Sequence record: MW845759.1
Length of the DNA: 64,000 nucleotides
Strand: one strand, 5' to 3'
The notes under the pieces were generated by a model. It was not told the origin of the DNA. It searched no databases and worked only from the letters and a program-made list of their open reading frames with translations. Shown one piece after another: positions 56,105 to 64,000 of the stretch (position 1 is the first letter of the stretch; each line of letters opens with the position of its first letter). The translations under genes were made by a program, and so were the position numbers.

Positions 56105-56926
56105 ATGGACGACTTACAAAACTCGATAGAAGCCGGGCCACCGCAAGACCCGCCTACAGGCCGATATCTACAGAAGTGTTTCTGGGATCTCAACGATACG
56201 TTAGTCATTACCCCAGCTATCTGGAAACGTCTCGTAAAGGAGTATGTGGAAGATGAGCGGTTCGTCGGCAAGTCGACGGCGACACCCGAAGAACGCATGT
56301 CTCGTCTCACCACCGCATTGAGTCGCGGTAGCATTAAGCACCTGCAACCTGATTTAACATGGAAGCGGTTTATTGAAGGCTTAGTGTTTCTCAAGATTCA
56401 GTCATTACGTGTCACGGCAACCGCGAAACGCGGGAACTGGGGCGAGTCAAAGACGGTCTCTGCCATCACCCGTCCGGAAACGGACCATCTGAGAGCAGTG
56501 AATAAAGAAGATGAAGAAGTCTCGACCGAATCGGTGGGACGGACGCTGAATCGGTTCTTTGACAACCCGGATAAAACCGCGACTCGGGTCATGGAACACA
56601 TCTTACTGAAATTGTTCTGGCAGTTCATTGCTGCGTACAAGATTGATAGCCGTCGGTGGAAGGAGTTGTTAATCGCTTATGTGAACAACCCGAAAAACTG
56701 CCCGCAAATTAAATCGCGCCGTAACGATGCACGTCATAACCTTCAACAATCCATTCGTCGAACCAAGAAGTTAACATGGCGCTTCTTCCTGAAAGCTCTG
56801 CAGGCTATTGATGTCCGCGAGTTGAAGATGGCGTTTCTCTTTACCACCGAAAGCGGGAAAGAGATCGAGTGTTACTTCAAAATTGATTTGACGAAGCATA
56901 CGTTTAAGAGTGGTAAAGATGAGTAA
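56105..56926 (+). CDS. Hypothetical protein with internal two-fold repeat
   Basis: Start MDDLQ; FW...I....WK.L...YV...LTW..F...L occurs twice. Confidence 0.7.
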   Translation: MDDLQNSIEAGPPQDPPTGRYLQKCFWDLNDTLVITPAIWKRLVKEYVEDERFVGKSTATPEERMSRLTTALSRGSIKHLQPDLTWKRFIEGLVFLKIQSLRVTATAKRGNWGESKTVSAITRPETDHLRAVNKEDEEVSTESVGRTLNRFFDNPDKTATRVMEHILLKLFWQFIAAYKIDSRRWKELLIAYVNNPKNCPQIKSRRNDARHNLQQSIRRTKKLTWRFFLKALQAIDVRELKMAFLFTTESGKEIECYFKIDLTKHTFKSGKDE

Positions 56927-58121
56927 TACTGTTCAGCCTGACCCGCGGCTAGTACAGGCCATGACCGAACTGCAAGACTATCAGGACAAGCTCGGCGAAC
57001 GTATTAAAGCCGCGTCTGTTCGTGGTGCCGGCAGCGGTACTGGCCCAACTACCCGACCCACCATCTTTGAAACTGACCCGAAAGGTTTACTGCCCGACTT
57101 AGACCCGTTGCTGCGCAAGGTAGCAACACCGTTTGAGGGGATGGATAAACTCGGGGACAGCGTACTGAAGTATTTTGACCCCACTGGAAAGTTGGGGAGC
57201 TTTGCGAAGAAGGCGGTTAACGCTTTACCGAGCGAGTTAAAAGAGGCCGGTACCAAACTGGCCCGTGGCGACGTCGTCGACGCTGCAAAAGGTATTACGG
57301 GGCTTAACAACTTCCGCGATTTGAAAAGTCTGGTCACCACAAAAGACGGTTCCTTCGGTTTAGACTTCTCTTCAGTGAAAGGTCGCATCGAGAAATCGTT
57401 TGGACTGGGTGGCAATGGTTTAGGTGGACTCTCTCCGGACGTGCAGAACCTCATTGGCAAAGCCGCGAATGAAGTGATGGGCGAAGGGAGTATGGGGATG
57501 GTGTGGAATGAAGTCTTCACGGCGGTACAGGGAGCGGACTTTGCTTCTGTCTCCAGCGTGACGGACGTCATTAACCGCATCACAAAACAGTCCGACCTCT
57601 GGGATGTGTTTGACCTTAGCGGTGCCGCGGCATTGATTTACGGCTTGTCTGATAAGCTTATCGAGTGGGATGCCCCCGATATGCTCGACGACGTGCTGGA
57701 TAAAATCAAAGATGTGAATGCGCAGAAAGCGATGCTCGATGAGCTGGCGATACGTGCGTCTGCATCCGGTTCATTGTCCTCGACAGAACATTACGTCGGT
57801 CGACTGGATGCAAACCGTAAAGCCGCGATTGCTGACTTGGTCATCACGAACATGATGCGTAGCGTCAGTTTCTGGGCCTCGGATTCTCGTGACACCTCGT
57901 ATGCTGAATACGGGAGTCGTCTGAAGAAACTGTTCGATAGCCTCGATCCGAACTGGGATAAAGACCCCTACGACAACACCGGGCACAGCTGCTATTACTT
58001 CACCCTGATGAACGATACGGCGTATCAGGCGTTCTTAACGACCGACAAACGTCCGTTCTGTGCCGTCTTCGGCATCGTTCGTAGAGAAGATGTGGACACC
58101 ATCATCTCTAACAACTTTTAG
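56919..58121 (+). CDS. Hypothetical protein (Gly-rich, possibly virion)
   Basis: About 400 aa; start MSNTV overlaps the previous stop. Confidence 0.7.
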   Translation: MSNTVQPDPRLVQAMTELQDYQDKLGERIKAASVRGAGSGTGPTTRPTIFETDPKGLLPDLDPLLRKVATPFEGMDKLGDSVLKYFDPTGKLGSFAKKAVNALPSELKEAGTKLARGDVVDAAKGITGLNNFRDLKSLVTTKDGSFGLDFSSVKGRIEKSFGLGGNGLGGLSPDVQNLIGKAANEVMGEGSMGMVWNEVFTAVQGADFASVSSVTDVINRITKQSDLWDVFDLSGAAALIYGLSDKLIEWDAPDMLDDVLDKIKDVNAQKAMLDELAIRASASGSLSSTEHYVGRLDANRKAAIADLVITNMMRSVSFWASDSRDTSYAEYGSRLKKLFDSLDPNWDKDPYDNTGHSCYYFTLMNDTAYQAFLTTDKRPFCAVFGIVRREDVDTIISNNF

Positions 58122-58132
58122 TGGGAACGAGT

Positions 58133-59149
58133 ATGACTACAATTGACCCGAAAGTAGTACCGTTAACCCGTCTTGCAGGACTGTTGAGAGTGTTAACGCT
58201 GGGTACGCGCTACGACCAGACTTGCCAAGGAACAGGTAAAGAGAAAGTCATTGCGCGTATCAGGCACGATATGCTGTTAGAGCAGGTCTTCCCGTCAAAG
58301 TTCGAAGAGGGGATGTCTGAGCTAATGCTACTCGAGATTTATAAAACGGGGAAATACGACGCGAACTACGGCGTGGCGATGGCGCAACGTAACGGCTTAA
58401 ATATACCGAAAGCGAATGCCAATGACTACGATGTCACCAAATGCAGTGTGAAGTTACTGAGTCACTATCCCGGCCCTGTTCGTCACGATCGCGATACGGA
58501 ATTTTTCATTCACATGCGCCGCATCGGTGCCGTACCCATTACGGGCGAGAAAGATGACAGCACTGACGGGGTTAACCATGTCAATATCTATTCGGACGGT
58601 CGCACCACCGTAGGTCGTCTGGCAAGCAATTTCAGTGAAGGCCCCTTTGACACATTGGACGGTACGTTCTTTACACTTGAAGGCTACTACCACTGGCTGC
58701 GCATTCGTGACTGGACACTGACCACCAAATACGCTTTTAACATGGCGGCGATGGAGGACATGTATCCGGGTCTACGAAAATTGCGGGTCGTGACAGGTAC
58801 GGAAGCAATTCGCTTAGGGCGCACACTCAAGTCCAACATCTACGGCGGCACGAAATACCGCACGGGACCCTTCTCGAAAGAGTCGCTGGAGCGTTTTCGT
58901 TGGGCGTTGGCCGGGAAGTTACACGAGCTGCGTTACAATAATGTGACACTGGGTAACTATTTGTCGATGATGGTGTATTGTGGTTTCACGTTGACGCATT
59001 ACTACGTGTACAACGGTAAAGCGAAATACCCGGACTTCCGCGAGTGGTTGCCTAACTTATTGTCTGGCTTGTTGGAACATATCGACCCCAATGATTCGGA
59101 CTTTGATTTGGCTGCGCTACAAGCGAAAATAACTGAGGGTTCCGTATGA
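58133..59149 (+). CDS. Protein with NADAR-like C-terminal domain
   Basis: HVNIYS...GRLASNFSEGPF....GTFFTLEGYYHWL resembles the NADAR (YbiA) SNF..PF...F.T.E.YY motif. Confidence 0.5.
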   Translation: MTTIDPKVVPLTRLAGLLRVLTLGTRYDQTCQGTGKEKVIARIRHDMLLEQVFPSKFEEGMSELMLLEIYKTGKYDANYGVAMAQRNGLNIPKANANDYDVTKCSVKLLSHYPGPVRHDRDTEFFIHMRRIGAVPITGEKDDSTDGVNHVNIYSDGRTTVGRLASNFSEGPFDTLDGTFFTLEGYYHWLRIRDWTLTTKYAFNMAAMEDMYPGLRKLRVVTGTEAIRLGRTLKSNIYGGTKYRTGPFSKESLERFRWALAGKLHELRYNNVTLGNYLSMMVYCGFTLTHYYVYNGKAKYPDFREWLPNLLSGLLEHIDPNDSDFDLAALQAKITEGSV

Positions 59150-59814
59150 GTGGTTTCAGTCTGAATAGCCTGCTACAAGGGCTGGAAAAAGACAAGGAGT
59201 GGGGTCATCAACAAGCTGCTCAAGAATCAATCTCCACGGAGAAAGAGAAAGAGTATTGCCTGTGGGTGAAGCCGACGTCGGCCGGGTGGCAGTGGTTGGG
59301 TGAGCAACAGAGCACACCGACACTGGATATCCTGATGCCTATTGAAGGCGCACGGCGGCGTTGCCGTATCCGTCCGGACGGGGCACAGCTGACGTACAAG
59401 CAGCGGGTGAACAACGAGACCGTGGAAGAGAACAGCGATGTCGGTTTTGCGATGGCGTTGTCGTTCTATGCGGATGGGTTTAACTCGCACCTGTTCCGTC
59501 GGGTTCGTCTGGAGGCCAGTCCCGAGCTGATGGGTCAGGGCGCGAAGCATTGGGACATCGATATTTTCCATATCGTGCCTCAGCATCCTAACCTGCCGGA
59601 TATTCAGGCGCTGAACGAGCTGTCTGACACCTTACGTCAAACTACCGCGTACGGTGATTTGGTCAAAGTGGAGCTGGAGGTAGAGAAGTTCTTTACTGAC
59701 AGTATCCGTGACCTGATTCCGTTTGAAGTGGAAGCGGTGTATTCCTCTCGTCCGAAAGACGAAGAGACGCAAGTGATGCTTGCGGATTACTGGGATAACG
59801 TCACCAGCATTTAA
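59146..59814 (+). CDS. CYTH/triphosphate-tunnel family protein
   Basis: EKEKEY (ExExK), RCRIR, LTYK, EEN, WDIDIF and VELEV motifs. Confidence 0.65.
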   Translation: MSGFSLNSLLQGLEKDKEWGHQQAAQESISTEKEKEYCLWVKPTSAGWQWLGEQQSTPTLDILMPIEGARRRCRIRPDGAQLTYKQRVNNETVEENSDVGFAMALSFYADGFNSHLFRRVRLEASPELMGQGAKHWDIDIFHIVPQHPNLPDIQALNELSDTLRQTTAYGDLVKVELEVEKFFTDSIRDLIPFEVEAVYSSRPKDEETQVMLADYWDNVTSI

Positions 59815-59820
59815 TGAGCA

Positions 59821-59853
59821 CCCAACCCTTCGGGGTTGGGGCTTTCTATTTTT
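59821..59853 (+). terminator. Intrinsic terminator
   Basis: cccaaccc-ttcg-gggttggg plus T-rich tract. Confidence 0.85.
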
Positions 59854-59868
59854 ACCTGTGGAGCTTTC

Positions 59869-60237
59869 ATGAAGAAAATAAGCTGTAACAATCGGGCTGT
59901 GTTGGTTGACGGTAAACCACGCTACGCCCCAAACGTATTAGGACATCTGCATTTCTTTGAAGGGATTACTGAGGCGGTGATTATCGCCCCCGAAAACCCA
60001 GGCAATCTACTCAGTCCCCCGATGACCGATGCCAGCATCCAGCATGTCAGCTTTATCCGCATTACCGAAGGGGCACGACTGGCCCTGCTGAACGATGTGG
60101 AAGAACTGCCAACGAACTGGCGCGAATTGACCGTGCTGATTCTCCACCGCCGTAAATACGACGGGGTCGTTATCGATGAGCTGTTCCGCGTTGAGTCCCG
60201 TGACCCTGTTGCGGATGAGGACGACGTGGAAGAGTAA
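59869..60237 (+). CDS. Hypothetical protein
   Basis: Start MKKIS, RBS ggag. Confidence 0.7.
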   Translation: MKKISCNNRAVLVDGKPRYAPNVLGHLHFFEGITEAVIIAPENPGNLLSPPMTDASIQHVSFIRITEGARLALLNDVEELPTNWRELTVLILHRRKYDGVVIDELFRVESRDPVADEDDVEE

Positions 60238-60268
60238 TTTTTTAACGTTACACCCGTTAGTTATGTAA
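60238..60268 (+). promoter_or_regulatory. Candidate phage promoter, class 2
   Basis: ttttttaacgttacacccgttagttatgtaa. Confidence 0.35.
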
Positions 60269-60291
60269 ACCTTCCTGAGGCCCCAATTTAA

Positions 60292-60438
60292 ATGCGCAAA
60301 AAGTTCTGGCGTTCGGTTCTAACCTTATTAGTTCTCCTGTCGATTATCGGCTACGGTTGTACCCTTGTACAGTCACTAATTTGGTCAGGTGTCGTACGAA
60401 CGTCTAACGCCAATTACTTCCGAGGATACGATGAATAA
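60292..60438 (+). CDS. 48-aa membrane protein or lipoprotein not in ORF track
   Basis: MRKKFWRSVLTLLVLLSIIGYGC...; basic n-region, hydrophobic core and Cys; RBS gagg. Confidence 0.55.
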   Translation: MRKKFWRSVLTLLVLLSIIGYGCTLVQSLIWSGVVRTSNANYFRGYDE

Positions 60439-60889
60439 ATTCGATTTTACTGAAGACCACCGAATGGTACTGAACGGAATGACCTCCGAGCCGGTAGCGG
60501 AAGAAATCGTTGGCATCTGTGAGCGCCTTCGTGAATTTGCGAAAGACCGCGAATTCAAAATTCTCCTGACCACCAACCCGTTGGCCCCGTTGCCGAAAGA
60601 AGTGGACGATCAGATTCTGATGCCGATGTACGAGCCGATACCGCTGTATGCTGCTGACTTTATCCTGGCCATAGGCAATCTGACCAACGACATCGACGGT
60701 CACTACGGGTTAGCCTGTGTAAAGGCGCGCGTACCGTCGACTGAAAAGTGGGAAGTGCGTGAAGACGGCCGTGAGCTGTTGACTGGCCGTGACCTCGTGC
60801 TGTCGTACATTCCGGGGGAGAACGAAGACCCGCGCACTTTCGTTACTTACTGGGGAGCCGGAGACAATGCCGAACAAACTGAAGATTGA
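60431..60889 (+). CDS. Hypothetical protein
   Basis: Start MNKFDF, RBS gagga. Confidence 0.7.
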   Translation: MNKFDFTEDHRMVLNGMTSEPVAEEIVGICERLREFAKDREFKILLTTNPLAPLPKEVDDQILMPMYEPIPLYAADFILAIGNLTNDIDGHYGLACVKARVPSTEKWEVREDGRELLTGRDLVLSYIPGENEDPRTFVTYWGAGDNAEQTED

Positions 60890-61265
60890 AAACGACCAGA
60901 TTGTTATCAATGACAAACCCATTGGTAACCTCGGACTGGCTCGTTGGGTACTGGACGAGTTAGGTAGCAAGTTCGAACACGATTTCTATTTGACAGTTAT
61001 CGGTACTCCACCGACGAACGAACACTGGAAAAACCGTCTGCCGGTGATGCGTCAAATCAGCGAAGAGCAATTCGTGACGCTGTACAAAGCCGCGACTATC
61101 CGCGGGTGGATCACCGACCCGGAAGTGGCTGCGCACCTTGCTATGGTCGCGCAAAAGGCTGTCCCGTTTGCACAGGGGCCTGTCCCGGCCGGTGCAGACG
61201 ATATGTTGTTGTGGGCTAACCACGACATTGAAAACAAAACCACAACCTATTTTATCGTTTATTAA
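60867..61265 (+). CDS. Hypothetical protein
   Basis: Start MPNKL, RBS ggag. Confidence 0.7.
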   Translation: MPNKLKIENDQIVINDKPIGNLGLARWVLDELGSKFEHDFYLTVIGTPPTNEHWKNRLPVMRQISEEQFVTLYKAATIRGWITDPEVAAHLAMVAQKAVPFAQGPVPAGADDMLLWANHDIENKTTTYFIVY

Positions 61266-61274
61266 GGAAGCGTC

Positions 61275-61706
61275 ATGGAGCAGTCAATGCTAAACACCCT
61301 CGAGTACAGCGACGAAGACCTGTACGTTAATAACCTGACCATCGTGCTGGACAAACTCGATCCTGAGTACCTCACTGGTCTGATAAAGCGCTTCCCTGAA
61401 CCGGTGGCGATTGTGCAGTTGTCGCGTCTGGCCCAACTCCCTGTTGAAGGTGTGGTTGGTCAGCTTGAAGTGAAACCGATCGCCTCCTACGAAGCGTCCG
61501 GGATTGTGAACTCGTCCAGTGCTTATTCTCTGGTTGATGACCCATCAATCAAGAAAGTCGTCTGCAAAGAGCTCATCGGTTCCCCGCATGATATGGTGAT
61601 GGCCGCACCACAGCCTCCTGCAGACTTTGATTACAAGAACGCGTTGTACATTGTCTTTACGGCGACAGACGCCGGAATCGAATACGCGTTAGCGTATTTT
61701 AAATAA
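61275..61706 (+). CDS. Hypothetical protein
   Basis: 143 aa, RBS aagga. Confidence 0.7.
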   Translation: MEQSMLNTLEYSDEDLYVNNLTIVLDKLDPEYLTGLIKRFPEPVAIVQLSRLAQLPVEGVVGQLEVKPIASYEASGIVNSSSAYSLVDDPSIKKVVCKELIGSPHDMVMAAPQPPADFDYKNALYIVFTATDAGIEYALAYFK

Positions 61707-61712
61707 CACAGT

Positions 61713-61738
61713 GGTGTCTCTTCGGGGACACCGTTTTT
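61713..61738 (+). terminator. Intrinsic terminator
   Basis: ggtgtctc-ttcg-gggacacc-gttttt. Confidence 0.8.
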
Positions 61739-61763
61739 AATTATTTTTCGTGAGGTACTCATC

Positions 61764-62147
61764 ATGTTGAAGAAACTCCTGGTCGTCATGTGTTTATCGC
61801 TGTTCAGTTTCTCTAGCCACGCGTTGGCGCTCTCGTTTAAAGAAGTGGCAAGTTGGCCTGAGCCCATGCGTCCGCAGTTTAAAACCGTCGTAGGAATGAA
61901 CGACAACAAGGTTGCAATTCAGGCCGGTAGCTTTATGCTGATTCGCGCTTATGCTGGGGATGCTTGTCCTGCGGGGCAGTATTTCTTAGCGAACCTTGAA
62001 CTGCGTACCGTCACCGCGGTGGAGATTGGCACCTGTGACGAAGAAGAACTTACCTTCGGCGTGAACAAAGCCAAAGGAACCACTACCAATAAATCGATTG
62101 ATGTGTTTAGCCACGGTGACTTGGCTGCTCGTATTCCGGTCTATTGA
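61764..62147 (+). CDS. Secreted/periplasmic protein
   Basis: Sec signal MLKKLLVVMCLSLFSFSSHA; two Cys in the mature part; RBS gagg. Confidence 0.7.
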   Translation: MLKKLLVVMCLSLFSFSSHALALSFKEVASWPEPMRPQFKTVVGMNDNKVAIQAGSFMLIRAYAGDACPAGQYFLANLELRTVTAVEIGTCDEEELTFGVNKAKGTTTNKSIDVFSHGDLAARIPVY

Positions 62148-62162
62148 TAAAAAAATAAAAGG

Positions 62163-62196
62163 TACACCCCCGGTGGGGGTGTATTCTTTTTTTTGT
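62163..62196. terminator. Bidirectional terminator
   Basis: tacaccccc-ggt-gggggtgta flanked by A- and T-tracts. Confidence 0.85.
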
Positions 62197-62199
62197 TTC

Positions 62200-63999
62200 T
62201 TACAGTCGAGATGGGCCGCCCATGAACGCTGCCACGATACGGGCAGGCGGGGTGTCCATTACGGCGTTGGTGATATTACTCACTGACGCAGCAGACTTCC
62301 AGCTCATCAACCATTTGTTCCAGTTCATGTTCAGCATCTCAATCCCTTTGGTACGCTGATGTAATGACGCACCACCCAACACCGCCATAAAGTCTGAGAA
62401 CTTGTTATCGTCATCAAACACGGACGGGTCGGTTACCAGCGGCATGTGCATTACACGAGACAGGTCTTTAATGGTCACGCTGATATCGACACTCAACGGG
62501 ATACCGTCTTTACGCCAACCCAAGTTACCTACCCCGAAGGTCATACTGACGTTGGTCACCATCGCATTACGGAAAGCAAAGCGACCACGGGAATAACACT
62601 CAAGGTAGAACGGGTGGATGTACGACTGTTTACCGGTCGACAGCGGACAAACTGCTGCAATCCAGAACGCGATAGGTACGATGATTTCTTGGAACACGTC
62701 CAAGTCGTTACCCGACCAAGCACGCAACGGGATGTTAAGCGTCAGGTCATCGCCCGAGGTGTCAGAGGAATCCCACACTTCCGGGAAGTCAACCACCGAC
62801 TGACTGTAGAGTGCGGCCAGTCCGGTTAAGTGCAGCGTATCGAGTGCCCCACCTAACGCCGACTTCACCCCCTCAATTGCCCCATCGACAAAGTCCGCAC
62901 CGGTTTTCCCGCCGGAGGTATTGACGTCCAAACTACGGGCGGCCGAGGTCATGCTGTTAACTTTGCCAGAGATTTCCGGTTCTTTGGTGGAGTTTGACCA
63001 ACTACGCTGTGTGGTGTCACGTCCATCAATGCGCCATGTAACCCACTGTGCGCCGTCTTGCAGCTCAGACAAGGCTTGGGTACCGATTTGTGTTTTGAGC
63101 TTGTTGACGGCCTCTGCAGCGCCATCTACGAAGCTACCAAACAAGTCACCCATGGATTTCCCGCCGGTTTCATCAGCGTACTTCGAAATCTCCTCATCGG
63201 TTAAGCCACCGGTCGCCAATTTCTCGACGCCACTGGTGGTCATTACCGGTTCAGGCGCGGCACCGTCTGCTGAAGGGGTCTGCTGCTGCGTGTAGTTCTG
63301 GCGCAGCTGATTCAGGGTACCTTCGGCTTCTGCCGCTTTCGCATCGTCAATCCCTAAATAACCGGCGTTGGATTTGTGGTACAGTTCCAAATCCGCCAGT
63401 GAGACTTCGTACTTCTGCGCTGACTCACGCACCTGCTGGGTATAACGGGCATTACGGTAGAAACGTTCCAGCTTAGCTTCGACGTCTTCCGTGTTACTGC
63501 CATCGTTGTAAATCTGCTCCAGCATGCTCGCCTGATAGTTCGCCAAGGTCTGGTAGCGGTTAATCATCTTGTAGATGTCAAACTCACCACTCGACTTCCA
63601 AATGCCCGGCAACATACCGTACAGGTCTTTACGGTCATTGAAGTATTTGTTCTCTGGCTTATCAATCCCCTTCATCTGCGCTTGCTGGCGTTTGTCATCG
63701 TACACGTTCCACTGTCCTAAGGACTGAATAGGGACGAGGCGGCGATACAAGAGCTGGGTGTTGACGATGTTCTGTACCGCACGCAAGTACAGGTGCATCG
63801 TGGGTCGTACGTAGTAATACTTCGACGACTGTTTGTTCAACACCATTTTGATGATGCGTGGGATAATCAGAATCGCTGCGAACGCAACAGTACCAGTAGC
63901 GGCCCAAATAGCTGCCCCCGTCACCCATGACGCGACGGTACGAATGATACGGGTGTAATCACCGGTACGGGCCAGATACGCCAAGTTCGAATCGTACAT
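62200..63999 (-). CDS. Putative virion structural protein, baseplate/tail-tube-initiator-like (5' partial)
   Basis: Runs off the window end; C-terminal AMVTNVSMTFG...W...G.P.SVDISVTIKDL resembles tube-fold baseplate proteins. Confidence 0.5.
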   Translation of the reverse strand: MYDSNLAYLARTGDYTRIIRTVASWVTGAAIWAATGTVAFAAILIIPRIIKMVLNKQSSKYYYVRPTMHLYLRAVQNIVNTQLLYRRLVPIQSLGQWNVYDDKRQQAQMKGIDKPENKYFNDRKDLYGMLPGIWKSSGEFDIYKMINRYQTLANYQASMLEQIYNDGSNTEDVEAKLERFYRNARYTQQVRESAQKYEVSLADLELYHKSNAGYLGIDDAKAAEAEGTLNQLRQNYTQQQTPSADGAAPEPVMTTSGVEKLATGGLTDEEISKYADETGGKSMGDLFGSFVDGAAEAVNKLKTQIGTQALSELQDGAQWVTWRIDGRDTTQRSWSNSTKEPEISGKVNSMTSAARSLDVNTSGGKTGADFVDGAIEGVKSALGGALDTLHLTGLAALYSQSVVDFPEVWDSSDTSGDDLTLNIPLRAWSGNDLDVFQEIIVPIAFWIAAVCPLSTGKQSYIHPFYLECYSRGRFAFRNAMVTNVSMTFGVGNLGWRKDGIPLSVDISVTIKDLSRVMHMPLVTDPSVFDDDNKFSDFMAVLGGASLHQRTKGIEMLNMNWNKWLMSWKSAASVSNITNAVMDTPPARIVAAFMGGPSRL

Positions 64000-64000
64000 G

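Noticed and set aside
1-64000. tRNA/rRNA genes, introns, inteins, homing endonucleases, integrase or stop-codon recoding
   Set aside because: No cloverleaf, intein C/HN termini, HNH/LAGLIDADG/GIY-YIG or recombinase motifs were seen by eye; genes are long and intact under the standard code. A tRNAscan-SE or Infernal run was not possible.

Overview
This window is a 64-kb segment of a phiKZ-like jumbo phage genome. Several hallmark genes support this: a short virion RNA polymerase beta C-terminal subunit, a UvsX/RecA-like recombinase, an extended RNase HI, an SbcC-like ATPase, a baseplate spike and very large tail-fibre paralogs. A DUF1471 gene hints at an enterobacterial host. About 1-31 kb is a virion/tail module and about 31-62 kb is mostly early/middle accessory and DNA-metabolism genes. 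The standout is a seven-gene minus-strand cluster at 7985-13329, directly downstream of the tail-fibre genes. It encodes three paralogous small proteins with a shared MAVSLNxV leader; two of them end in an exactly 82-residue, 21-Cys CXXX Gly/Ser/Thr repeat. It also encodes two radical SAM enzymes (one with a SPASM-type domain), two unknown accessory proteins and a DUF4376-like protein. This looks like a phage-encoded RiPP-like post-translational modification system, possibly acting on virion fibre components. Other notable items are a shared C-terminal ELDGF motif in four virion proteins, a small protein carrying the RNAP active-site motif ADFDGD, DarG-like macrodomain and NADAR-like genes, a signal-less DUF1471 protein, and two recurring promoter-like motifs. 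All family assignments come from motif recognition by eye; no database searches were run.
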